From: Lytechinus pictus
Lineage: Eukaryota
Direction of reading: 5' to 3'
Length of the DNA stretch: 64,000 nucleotides
Assembly: GCF_037042905.1 (NCBI RefSeq)
Contig: NC_087251.1
Span: 34,660,001-34,724,000 of the forward strand
The notes under the pieces were generated by a model. The model was not told where the DNA came from. It ran no database searches and was given only the letters and a program-made list of their open reading frames with translations. The translations under genes and the position numbers were made by a program. This document shows, one piece after another, positions 48,948-61,200 of this stretch. Every line of letters begins with the position of its first letter. The stretch's first letter is position 1.

Positions 48948-51900
48948 CCCTCTAAACATGCTAAAGGCCTGCCATGGTCCCACTGCACTTACGGATGCAG
49001 AGAGGGAGCAAAACGGAAAAGAATCTTGCCATCCGTTTGAAACGTTATGTATCCGTTGTGTGCTCTTTGCATACGTGTTTCATACGCTCTTTCCATCGAG
49101 CATCCGTCCACTGTGAATTCATTGTTCGCTCATTTTGTCCACTGTCTGGAGCGGATGAAAACGGATGGAGCAACTCCAAATTTTGCTTGTTCGCTGTATC
49201 CGTTATGAATACGTTTGTGACCGTCAGCCAATGGGACCAGTGTTCGTATAGCTTTATTCTTAAAAACGACTTTTGGATGTTTCATATGTTTAGGCCTGGA
49301 CATTGAAAATTCTGAGTTGTTTCTGTAATCATGAACAAGATGCATATCTAACTAAACATTAATAAGAGTGCAAAGCGCGAGCTGAAATTTTTAGTACATA
49401 TACTGACCTGCAAATGGACTGACCTGCAAATAGTCATAAAGACAATTTGCAGCGACTCATGAAGAGGATACGTATATCACCAATCAAATAATGCTGACTA
49501 AAAATTATATGCCGACCTGTAAACTGGATATTCTAAGCACCTTCTATGATCACAAACAGGATCGATGGATATAAAAAAAAAAACAATTGATGCAAGCGAG
49601 AGGCGCGAGCAGAAAAAAATATTTGATATTCCTTCCTGAAAACTGTAAAACTGTGTGTCTGAAATAAACAATGTGAGCGCGAAGCGCGAGCTGCAATTTT
49701 AGATATACCAACTCGAAAGGGGACATTTATATTTAAAAAAAATGTGAAAAGCACATGAATCTCACTACATAAATGATGTGAGCGCGAATCACCAAATGAA
49801 ATATTTTGGCGATACATGCCTACCTTTTAAGCACTTTTTGTAATTTTGAGCAGTATCTGACCTAAAAAATGAATGAAAAGCGCGAGCTGAGAATATTTAA
49901 TATACTCACTTAAAAATGAGACATTTGAAAAACTGCTTTGTGGGATTCATGAAGACGATACGTATCTCATTACTCACATAAGCCTAAGATGATATTCATC
50001 ACTTTTTTTGCAATCACAGACAGGATGCGCATCTCGTTAAAATAGAATAATGACAACTCGAATCGCGAGCAGATTAATTTCTGAATGGACTTGAAAGGGG
50101 ATGTCTTAAGCCCCATAATATCCTCTTGGCAGATTATTATCTCACTGAACAGGCAAAGCGCGAGCTGATTGTTTGGATTAAAAACAAGATTTCAATCGAG
50201 TAGGATTACCTTTATACATTAAATTAGATTAGCTAACGTTTGCATGAAATAACGCGACTTACATGCCATTAGTGATATATTTGTGATGTGCAATTCTTCA
50301 AATATTATGAGATTACTTTGATGATTGAATTGTAACATCACAAGAGAAAATGAGAAATGACATGAAAATAAAAGTTGTCATGATAATGGCTGCTTTAGTT
50401 GTGCAAGGGCGTTACCAGATTTTGTGTACCAAGTTAACAGCTTGATTTTTTCCTATGGTAAGTAATTCACCTAGGATTTATTTATTTTTTAATCATATAT
50501 ACCCAATTTTTGTCTCAGAAGTCTGTGGGCGTATTCTAGATAATTCTGATAATTTCGGCAAAGTTGTCTGCATCTTACCCCCACTATTGACACCCTTGCA
50601 CGTAACAGAGTCACCACGTGAAGGTAGCAGCATGACACCGGGTTAGTATAAATAAAAGGAGATTACACGTATAACCAACAGGGAAATAACTAAATCATGA
50701 AATGCTTGATAATGGTTAGTATAAAATCCCCGTGAATTATATATGGTAGATGGATGGAAATGATAAATAATACATAACAAATTTCACAAACTTGCACAAA
50801 CAAACATACATACAAAAACTCAAATAACATCAAGATCCAGTAACATGTATAATAATCAAAACGAAAAAATCAAATCAAAACAAATAACAAACAGGAAAAA
50901 ATGCTCAAAATAACAAGGGCAACGAACAAAGTAAAGATCCAGTTAAATGTATAGGCCTACTGATCAAAACGAGCAAGCCAAATCAGAACAAATTACAACA
51001 GGAGAAATTTGTTAAAAATAACAAGAGCAACAAAAAAAAATCAAGATTAAATCAAACATAATAATGATCAACACAAACAAACCGAAATCAGAACGAATAA
51101 AACAAAAACTTTAGCTCATCATAACAATTTATGAGCAACGAAAACAATCAAGGGAAAGGGATGATATTAGTCTGGAATTCCAAAAGGGTAGTTTTTATTC
51201 GATTCCCAAGCTGCCCAAGGGACCTCCAGGCTAGATAGTGAAAGAATGGGACTTTCTCTGTATCAGTCACTTCTCGATGACTAACTGTATGAAAGTTAAA
51301 TCTTAACTTTGGTTGAGTTTTTAGTGAAACTACAACACGGTCAGATTGCATCAACCCCAAATGACCTTTGACCTTGATCTAACATGTGACCTGAAACTCT
51401 TGCAAGATGATCATTGGTACTTTACTACCTAAATCGTGTATAGGTTATGGTGAATTTCCAAACACTTAACATTGGTTAAGATTTCAAGTTGATACCCCGG
51501 CCAGCAAGACCAAAGTTCATCGACCCTAAATGACCTATGACCTAATTATGTGACCTGAAACACATGATGGGAAAAAGAATGTATGACGCACTGGTTTAAT
51601 ATTTCCCTTACTGCAAGGTGTGTTCAGGTCGCTTAATTTGGAATACGTACCTAATTTGGACTTTAAAGTGAATCATAATCTGAAAATACGTAGAAAAAGA
51701 CAGAAAATATCATGAAAATTATTTTCATTCTTGAATAAAGTTATTGATTTTGATACCAATAGATTCCTTTACCTCATAAAAGGTGGTTTCGGTGTAAGAA
51801 TCATGATTCTAGATTACTCAGAAGCCGAGATATTGTCGAAACCCCTGTTTTTGGCGGGGATTTTGAAAATTCCAAGATGGCGGCCATGTAGGTCACGGTT

Positions 51901-54589
51901 CAAATGGAAACATTGTTATTCGGAATCCTTATACAATAACCGTTTCTTTTTCAATTTCTCCAAAAAAATCCGGCGAAATTACATAGCGAAACTGACTATA
52001 TACTTGGCAGACATTGTATACACCCTCCTGCTCTCTCTCGGGGAGGGGGGGGGGGGGTTCTCTCCCATACATGTACCCAAACATACACTTACATCTTTCC
52101 TCCTCTAGTTTCGATGAATGACAATTTTTTTATTTGTTTTTCAGTTGAGCTTTTGAAGCTGAAGACAATGTTGGCCAACCAAGTAGCTAGGCCACGGTGG
52201 TTATACCCCTGTCACGTGGGAAGTGACTTTTACAATGATTGTATTTATCAGTTTTACGTATTCTTTATTTGGTGTCAAGCAGCAGTAGGTAAATAATTAA
52301 AAAAGTCACTTCCCACGTGACAACCCCCAACAGTGACTCTTGCCTAGATCCTCAATTATAGGCCTATATCACGAGGATACAGTGGTGGTGCTGGGCAGGG
52401 TACATAGGGCGTCTGATTATGAATGAACATGGGTGGTGGTTGACTACATTTTAAAAGTTGCTCTCACAGAATTTGTGAAAGAAATCCAAAGCTATCCAAA
52501 TCCAAAGATATAGAAATCTAAAGCTTCTATATTTTGTTGCCACCTACAAATTCTTATTAACTAGGAAAAATATCCTCATTATATCATACGCATGTATAAT
52601 AATTTGTTCATTGTTGAATATAAGTGATAATCAAATTCTGCTTCTTTATTGACTATAAATTGATTAATTAGTTCTGCACTTCTGTTGTAAAATGGGTAGG
52701 ACGAGTTGCTCCCTTTTCAACTTAAAACTTCAAGAATGCCTTTCTGGCAAGGTCAGCTACTTTACTCTCTTGTCATGATGCATTTCTTCAAGCATTTTAC
52801 ATATTCTTACTACCGAGGAAACAATTTCAAATGTTAATTTCTAAGTGGACTTTTTCTTCAAATAACAGGTCAATTTCATACGCTCTGAATTTTTAGCCAA
52901 GTCATTTGTCATTAACTTTATTTTTGTGTAATGTTTGCTGATTTCATTGTTTTTCTTAAATGAATTCAAATCTTTTTGACTGTATCTAAATGACTATATG
53001 ACCTTTTTTATCGCTAGAAGAGGGGATAAATGATATTGAATGGTTGACATGTATCAAAAAAGTTTGTCAAAGATTTTATTTTCAACATAATGCTATGTTC
53101 ATAAACTAGAAGACACCTCTTTCTGATATCACAAATTGATGGTTTATTAGTAAAAAAATTTTGTGAACAGTGATATGAAATTTCACCATAAAAATAACAA
53201 AATATTTGCAACCCTGACATTGATTACAACAACAAAACATATAAAAATAAAATCAAGTCTAACATAAATTAGGTGAGGTAAGATTATGAAAATGTATACA
53301 CAATGTAGATTTTTAAAATACTTATGACAAAATATGAAGAAAATGCACTTAATATCTAAATACATCATCAACTTATTGACTTACTCATTGACCCATATTT
53401 TGTACCCCAGTTTAACAAGATCTACATGTAAGTCTGGGCTAAAAGTACGGAAAACCAAAAATATCTATTTGTTTACATTGTAATGCATCTATGTTTCTCC
53501 AATATACTGGGATATTGTTTTGATGTAAAGGGATGGTCCGGGCTGAAAATATTCATATTTACATAATTAAAGATTAAAATTCAGAGCAGAATGCTGAAAA
53601 TTTTATCAAAATACCGAAGTTATCGAATTTTAAAGTTTATTAATATTTTGTGAAAACAGTTACATGAACATTGTCATGAATATTCATTGGGTGGGTTGAT
53701 GATGTCACATCCCCACTTTCCTTTTTTCTTATGTTATTACATGAAATCATAATTGTTTCCTTTTTTTTCATAAATGTGTTATTAATGTGTCTCCATTATA
53801 ATGGAATCAGTTGCGGCAATAAATATCTAATGCACTTAATCAGTTGTCAATCCAATTGTTTTAGTTCTTGGTAGAAAAAGTTTAAATGAACTTAATTTCA
53901 TATAATAAAATACAATACAGCCCACCTAATGAATATTCATGAAGACATGCCAAGTTCAACTGAAGTTCAGAATATGTGCCAATTGGGGCAAACTGTAAGA
54001 ATGATTTGCTAAGCATAATGCATGTTGAAAAGCTTAAGAATGTCTATAATGTAGATATAAATTGGTGTACTTTCTCACTGTCGCATTGACATCAATATAG
54101 TTTACAATATATATGAATAATGCAAAAAATGTACTGAAGTGACGAGATGATTGTTGTAATTTGTGCCAGAAAGAAGCTTTTTCATGAAATCCACCGAACG
54201 AGATGCAAATTTAAAAAGCCTTGGTTCATAAAAGGTGCTAAACCATGGATTAAAAGATATGTTAAAGATTACAGACAAGAGGTTAATCTAGAGGCATGTT
54301 ACATATTAAATTAGCTTCACATTCAATATGTCTGTATACCAATGTTACAGTCATGCAAACGAAACCACTTCCAAACCGATCGATGGTATGCCTAACAGTG
54401 GCGATACACCTGGGTTTTACAAAACATCATTCCGCAGGCCATGTTGCTTGTGCACAATGGTCAGCATGTCCAAAGTATTATGTCTAATCCGGCTAGCTGA
54501 ACCAGCACTGCCTAAGGAAATAACATAGTAGCTTAGGTTGGTCTGGGGTCGGTTTGCCAGCATGAGACTGTTGCATGAGAAAATGGATT

Positions 54590-54945
54590 CTAGGACAACT
54601 ACCTCTGCACAACTACCCCCAGGAAAACTACCCCCATGACAACTCCACTATAGGACAATCACCCCCTAGGACAACTTCTCCCAGGACAATAATTCCCCTA
54701 GGACAACTACTCCCAGGACAATCACCCCCTAGGACAACTTCTCCCAGGACAATAATTCACCTAGGACAACTACTCCCAGGACAATCACCCCCTAGGACAA
54801 CTACTCTCAGGACAATCACCCCCTAGGACAACTACTCCCAGGACAATCACACCCTAGGACAACTTCTCATAGGAAAATCACCCCCTAGGACAACTACTCT
54901 CAGGACAATCACTACTAATACAATCGATCTACCCCAGGACAATCA
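54590..54945. repeat. Minisatellite built on AGGACAA(TCACCCCCT/CTACTCCC) subunits
   Basis: Direct reading; the paralogue has only ~50 bp of it (32820-32871). Confidence 0.9.
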
Positions 54946-55274
54946 CTAATGCCCCTGATCAACTCTCCCACCCCAAGTTAACTTTCCCCTCCACCTAGAA
55001 GTAATTGAATCGTCCATGGATTGGGGGAGGGGGGAGTGGAGGAGTGGTTATGTGGATATGGCAGCCATGACTACCAATGGTCCATTTTATCTTCCATGAT
55101 TTAGTGCCATATTGTGAAATATCCTGAACTTGTAATTCATTGATAAATAAGTTCAAATTTACAGACTTAATAATTATTGAAGATTTTCAATTATACCATT
55201 ACAATTGTCTTACAGCTAAAAGTGCATGATAGGAATGTATTTCACATCATGGAAATTCCAATATCCAGTGAGGT

Positions 55275-58200
55275 CTAGTCCACAATGCAAGAGGTATTAT
55301 CCAGATTCAGCCCACATGTTCCGTCGCCACGGTAAACAAGATAATATCCCTGTAACAAAAAACAAAGAGGAAGAAAGAGAAACAGTTAAAGCCAGTCTGC
55401 AGATATCACACAAAACTCAAATCAAATTCATTTTAAAAAATTTGTGTGTTTTTTTAGAGAAATTTCATGTCGTTCTGTTCATTATTATTCATCATCATTG
55501 AAAGAACTTTAATCAGCATACAGTATGTATTATATGACACCTAGATCGATCCTTGTCATTTGATTTGTTGTTAGATATCGATCTTTCAGCCCATTTTACA
55601 ATGACGTCATCAACCGTGCAATTTTGGATCCATTCACCGTGCAATTTTGGATCCATACGATTTTGTCCATTGCACGCGCGCACCGAGACTGCAGCATACT
55701 GTACGCGACAATCAACAGACCGAGCTCGCACTGAATGAACATATTTTGCATCGAAATTCATAAATTTCATATGATAAAGAATCTATTTTAGGTGTCATAT
55801 AAACCAAATAATGAATGTTCTTATAATTCGTGCAATGGACACTATACTTCATTTGGTGAAAGATGAAATGTATGATCCATTCAACTCGGCTACGCCTCGT
55901 TGAATGGTTCATTTCATCTTTCACCTCATGAAGTATTCTGTCCATTGCACTCATAAACATTCATTATTTGTATATTATATAACTCAAACGAAGATTCTTG
56001 CCATCTGATTGGTTGAAAGGTGTTCAATATTTGGTCCATTCTTTAAATTACTGCGTGTATTTTGTAATTTTCCATTGCAGGGTGACCGTGCATTTTTTTT
56101 TCCATTGCACGGTACGCGCGCTAGCTAGCGCTCCCTCAGTATAATCATGTGTATGTCTACTTACCTTTTGTGTATGTGTGTGTGTGTGTTTGCGCGCATT
56201 AAGTTAGCGCAGATCAAACTGACTGTGCGCACTCGACTCAGATCCATTAAGCAATGCGCGTCACAAACATGAAAGCAAAGGGCTGATGAGCTGTCTATAC
56301 ATGGTGTAATCCACCGACTAGCAATTATCAGAGAAAAGGAGTTGCTGGAAATAGGCCAACCTAATCTTTATCTTTTTTATTCCTTTTTTACATTTTTAAA
56401 AACTTTGTAACTTATATGAGTTATATAAAACAAATAATGAATGTAAATATTTGTGCAATGGAAAGAATATTTACAATCGATGAAAGATTAAAAGTTCCAT
56501 TCAACTCGGCTAACGCCTCGTTGAATGGAACTCTTTACATCTTTCATCTCATGAAAATATTCTTCCCATTGCACGTATACACATTCATTATTTGTATACA
56601 GAATACAACTAAAACTTTTTACATATTTGTACACACAAACTCTAATTCATAGATGCAACAAGTAGCAAATTTGTATATTAAACTCAACAGGATTAGACTG
56701 GAATACAATAGAATAACTTTATTGTCCATGAAGGAAATTTCTTTTTCACTGGTTCACACACACATACAATATATATACAAAAACATTTTTAAAAATCAAA
56801 GTGTTGGGATATTTATTAATAAGAAAATAATAGTTCCTTTTTTAAACGCAATACAAAAAAGATACAGTGATTGAGCTAATGAATGCCAAGCACAAGGACC
56901 AATTTTTCTAACTAAGCTTAAAGTCAAGGTAATAATGATATTGTGCCTCAAACCAGATTATTCCTAGATAGATGGTGCTACATAAACGCCTTTTGATAAA
57001 ATCACCATCATTTCATATGTCATAGATAAAACACAGGTTATTGCTAAAACAATACCAATTTCACTAACACAATTTTCTGGACTGGTTCAAAGCAATTTAT
57101 AGTAAAATATCACCTTGGTTATTGCATACAATGAATATTGAATTATACTTTGTACAGTGGCGGATCCAGGGGGGGTGGCGCAGGGTGCGCGCGCCCCCCC
57201 TAATATTTGAGCGGCGCCGGGCGCCGCTCAAAAAAAATAAAAGAAAAGTAAAAGAAAGAAAAGGCGCTGCTTGAAAAAAATAAAATAAAGGAAAGAAAAG
57301 AAAAGGCGGCGCTTAAAAAAATTATACACTGATATAATATTAGCAACAGTAAGGAAAGATATCCCCCAGCAAAGCACAATCATATCATCTTCCATATCTT
57401 TTCTTTTAACTACCCTTTTCCCAACAACTTCGCCGGTTAAAAATAATCAGCAGTGCGCTGCCTGCATATAACTGGCGCCAATCAAGAATAATCAGCGCCA
57501 CATTAATCTCAATCAGCGCCGGACAAGAATAATCAGCGCCATTTGGTTATAAATCGGCGCCAGTCGAGAAAAATCGGCACTGCCAGAGTCTTAACCGGCG
57601 CCGATCAAGGATAATCTGCGCCATGCACCTAAATCTAAATCGGCACCAGATAAAAATAATCGGCGCCATCTGGTTATAAATCGGCGCCGGTACAGAAAAA
57701 TCGACGCTGCCTGAGTTCTTAACCGGCGCCGATCAAGGATAATCAGCGCCACCTAAATCTAAATCGGGGCCGGACAAGAATAATCAGCGCCATCTGGTTA
57801 TAAATCGGCGCTGCCAGAGTATTAACCGGTGCCGATCAAGAATAATCAGCTCCACCTAAATCTAAATCGGCGCCGGGCAAGAATAAACGGCGCCATCTGG
57901 TTATAAATCGGCGCCGGTAAAGAAAAATCGGCGCTGCCTGAGTTCGTAACCGGCACCGATCAAGGATAATCAGCTCCACCTAAATCTAAATTGGCGCCGG
58001 ACAAGAATAATCAGCACCACCTGGTTAAAAATCGGCGCCAGTCAAGAATAATCGGCGCCTCCTGGTTCTAAATCGGCGGCAGTCAATTTTGAATTGCCGC
58101 TGCCTGAATCTTACGTGACGTCGGTAAAAATAATCAGCACTACTTGTTCTAACTCGGCGCCGGTGAAGAATAATCAGCGTCCCTTGGTTCCAATAAATAT

Positions 58201-61200
58201 GCGCCGGTAGAATAATGAAGAAGGGCCTATTGCCAACCAAATCTAGATCGGCGCCGGTCAAGAATGATCAGCGGCACCTGGTTATACATTTTATTGTTGA
58301 ATGGTCATAACAATTAAAGCTTATCGCATGCCCTTACAGACTGGACTGGGGCGGGGCAGTTGCCCACAGAATGACAGATGTCATGAAATCTTTAATTTAT
58401 TTTAAAAATCCCAGAATCATACAAAAGCGTAGAGCAAATCCTTTAATTTTGATCTTATTTTCCAATAAAATTAATAAAAAGAAGGTCAGTCACTTTTCTT
58501 CTTTACACATTCCACATTGTGCCACCTCTATGGCCTTTAGTTTAAGACAGCTATATACTATAGTGTTTTATGAAGATGATTCGATATTTTAGCCCAAAAC
58601 TTTGCTAAAACCCGTTGCTAGTACCGGGAGTGTATAATTACGCAACCAGTCGTATAATTTGGGGAAATACTACTGATAAAAACAAAAGCAAAATTTATAG
58701 ATTGCAAAAAAGAGCTGCACGTTACATAACTGGAAACTTTGATCAAAATATTTCTCTTAAAACACTTGTAAAAAACCTATCCTGGACTGATATGGATGAA
58801 CGAAAAGAATACTTTCTTGCCACACAAATGTTTAAATGTATACATGGATTAGCCCCTCCCCAACTTTGTAATGACATTGAAATGGTATGTGACCGACATA
58901 ATTACCATACAAGAAATAATGATAGCCTTAACGTAGTTGCACCCGTTGTTCACCTTTCAATTGTCAAACAAGCTTTCAGATTTTCCGGTGCCAAACGATG
59001 GAACGACATACCCCATAATATTCAAAATGCACAAACTATCGAAACATTTAAATTGATTTATAAGAAGTTTTATTTCAATAATTAATATTATATGCTTTTT
59101 GTTCCATTTTACTTTATTTTTCTCGTTTTGAATTGTGTTAATGATTTGGGATATCAAATATGTTGGAACGAATAATTTTTATGTAATATAATTCGTACTC
59201 TTAGTAAATAAGCTTCCATTACTTAACTTGGCGATATTTATTTTGTAAAATTTTATACTTAAGTCTAGTATGATATGCTCAATGATAATTATATCCTTAA
59301 TTTTCTTCATAAATTTTGTTGAATTTTGTATTTACTATGTCAATGATATCATACATCTTAATTTATATTTCACAGCTATTGTTTTGTCTAAAGGATAGTT
59401 TTCACATTTCGTCAATTAAAAAAAATGAATACAGTGCTAGTCACCATTCTTTGAATCACTATTGCCTGTTTCGGCCGGAGAGCAATGAATTTGGTCCACT
59501 GATCATGCTGATTCTATTGTTCTCTGGCTGAGGCAGGTAGTGCTGAGTCTGGGAATTGTGACTGGTAGTGTATTTTATCTAAAAACAATTTTGTATTAAT
59601 GATAATTCTGATTTTAAATGTTATTGAATTCACTCATTACTGTACATTACCCAAGTTACTCTTTTATCTATTATGTATATATTGTTATTTTATGTTAACA
59701 GGACCAGGCTGAAAAACAGTTAATCTGAGCCTGTTATCCTGTATAAAGATATTTTAATAAATAAAATAAATAAATAAATAAATAAATATTGAGATTGAGC
59801 TACACAACTCGTTCTTTATTTAAAATCGTGCTTAAATTATTCGCTTCTCAGATAGGAATATAAAAATTTTCAGCTCGCGCTTCGCGCTCGCATCATTTCT
59901 GTAGCAAAACCCCATACTTTTCATGATTAAATAGGTAAATAGAATGTCTTTTTTTCAGGACTAAACGTCAAAAGAACTCCCGCTTCGATTTGCAATAATC
60001 TTTTGCTGGATATAATCTTGTTCTTTATTACAAACGTCCATTAAACTGTCATTTTTTTTCAGATCGAAATATCAAAATTTTAAGCTCGCGCTTCGCGCTC
60101 GCATCTATTGTTTTTTTTTTATACCCATCTTAATCATTGGTACCAAAAATGCATATAGAATATCAAGCTTTCTGGTCAGAATATAAAGAAATTTCAGCTC
60201 GCCCTCGGCACTCGCATTATCTGTGTAGTGAGATATGTATCCTCATCATGAGTTACTACAAACAGTCCTAAACGGGCACCTTTTTCCTGTTTTCAGGTCA
60301 GTATACTAAAAAATTTCAGCTCGCGCTTCGCGCTCGCATTAATTTGTTGGTGAGATATGTGTTTCTATCTCATGAGTCATATAAATATATATGCATATGT
60401 GTGTGTGAGTTTGTTTGTTTTGTGTGATATCGAGCGCCTTTGGGAAGTTGATTCATGATTTTGCCCCCCAAATCTTAAAAAAAGGATCGACGCCCCTGTG
60501 TTTATATATATATACATATAATAAAAAAAAACTTGTATCTCTATTAATATACAAAAGTATTGGCCTCATCGCAATAAAAGGGTTAATACACGAGATTTTG
60601 AAATCGCACATAACATGCATAATTTGTGTTACTTTTTGCTTGTTTCTTTCTTTAATAAGTTTTTCAATCTCTCTCTATATATGTTTTAGAAAGATTATAT
60701 GTCTAAATTGATGTATATTTCTGTTATAATGAGATATGTTTAAGTGGACTTCAGTGAATGGTCGTACGCAGCAAGGGGGAAGGGGGGGGCACATTCGCGA
60801 TCTGCTGTTGTGAAAAACAATTTTTTTTCCTTAACATATCATGAAAACTATGAAAAATGTGCAAATGTGAGATGTGCACCAAATTTTCGAGTCTTGCCCC
60901 CCCCCGGAAATATTATCTGCGTGTGGTCATGCAAAATGGCATGACTGGAAATCCTACATTTTGAAAAGAGCATTTGACAGGGTCAGACTTTACCCCTTTT
61001 TCAACATTTTCTTTTATGGCGCCGGTGAAGTGCAAAAATATGTGCGCCGCTCGGCAGTGCGCCCCCCCCCCCTTTCGCCAAAAGCTGGATCCGCCTATGT
61101 TGTAGGGGATAACTGCCAATATCAAGGGAATATTCCTAACTGCTGAATAATAGCGATGGCCGATAACCCATCCCCCCAATTTTTCTTCATATCCATTTAT

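Larger units (their letters stand above)
57155..61099. mobile_element. 3.9-kb composite CAG/CAT-ended DNA transposon with 5-bp TSD, carrying a minisatellite and a nested LINE fragment
   Basis: TIR CAGTGGCGGATCCAG / CTGGATCCGCCTATG; TSD TTGTA at 57150-57154 and 61100-61104; empty site in copy 1 at ~33880. Confidence 0.83.

Noticed and set aside
51355..51560. TGACCTTTGACCT DR1 nuclear-receptor-like sites
   Set aside because: Embedded in a twice-repeated motif that looks like an interspersed repeat; no independent evidence of function.
57440..58285. CRISPR-like repeat-spacer appearance
   Set aside because: The 'spacers' are themselves repeated, the context is eukaryotic, and there are no cas genes; it is a minisatellite.
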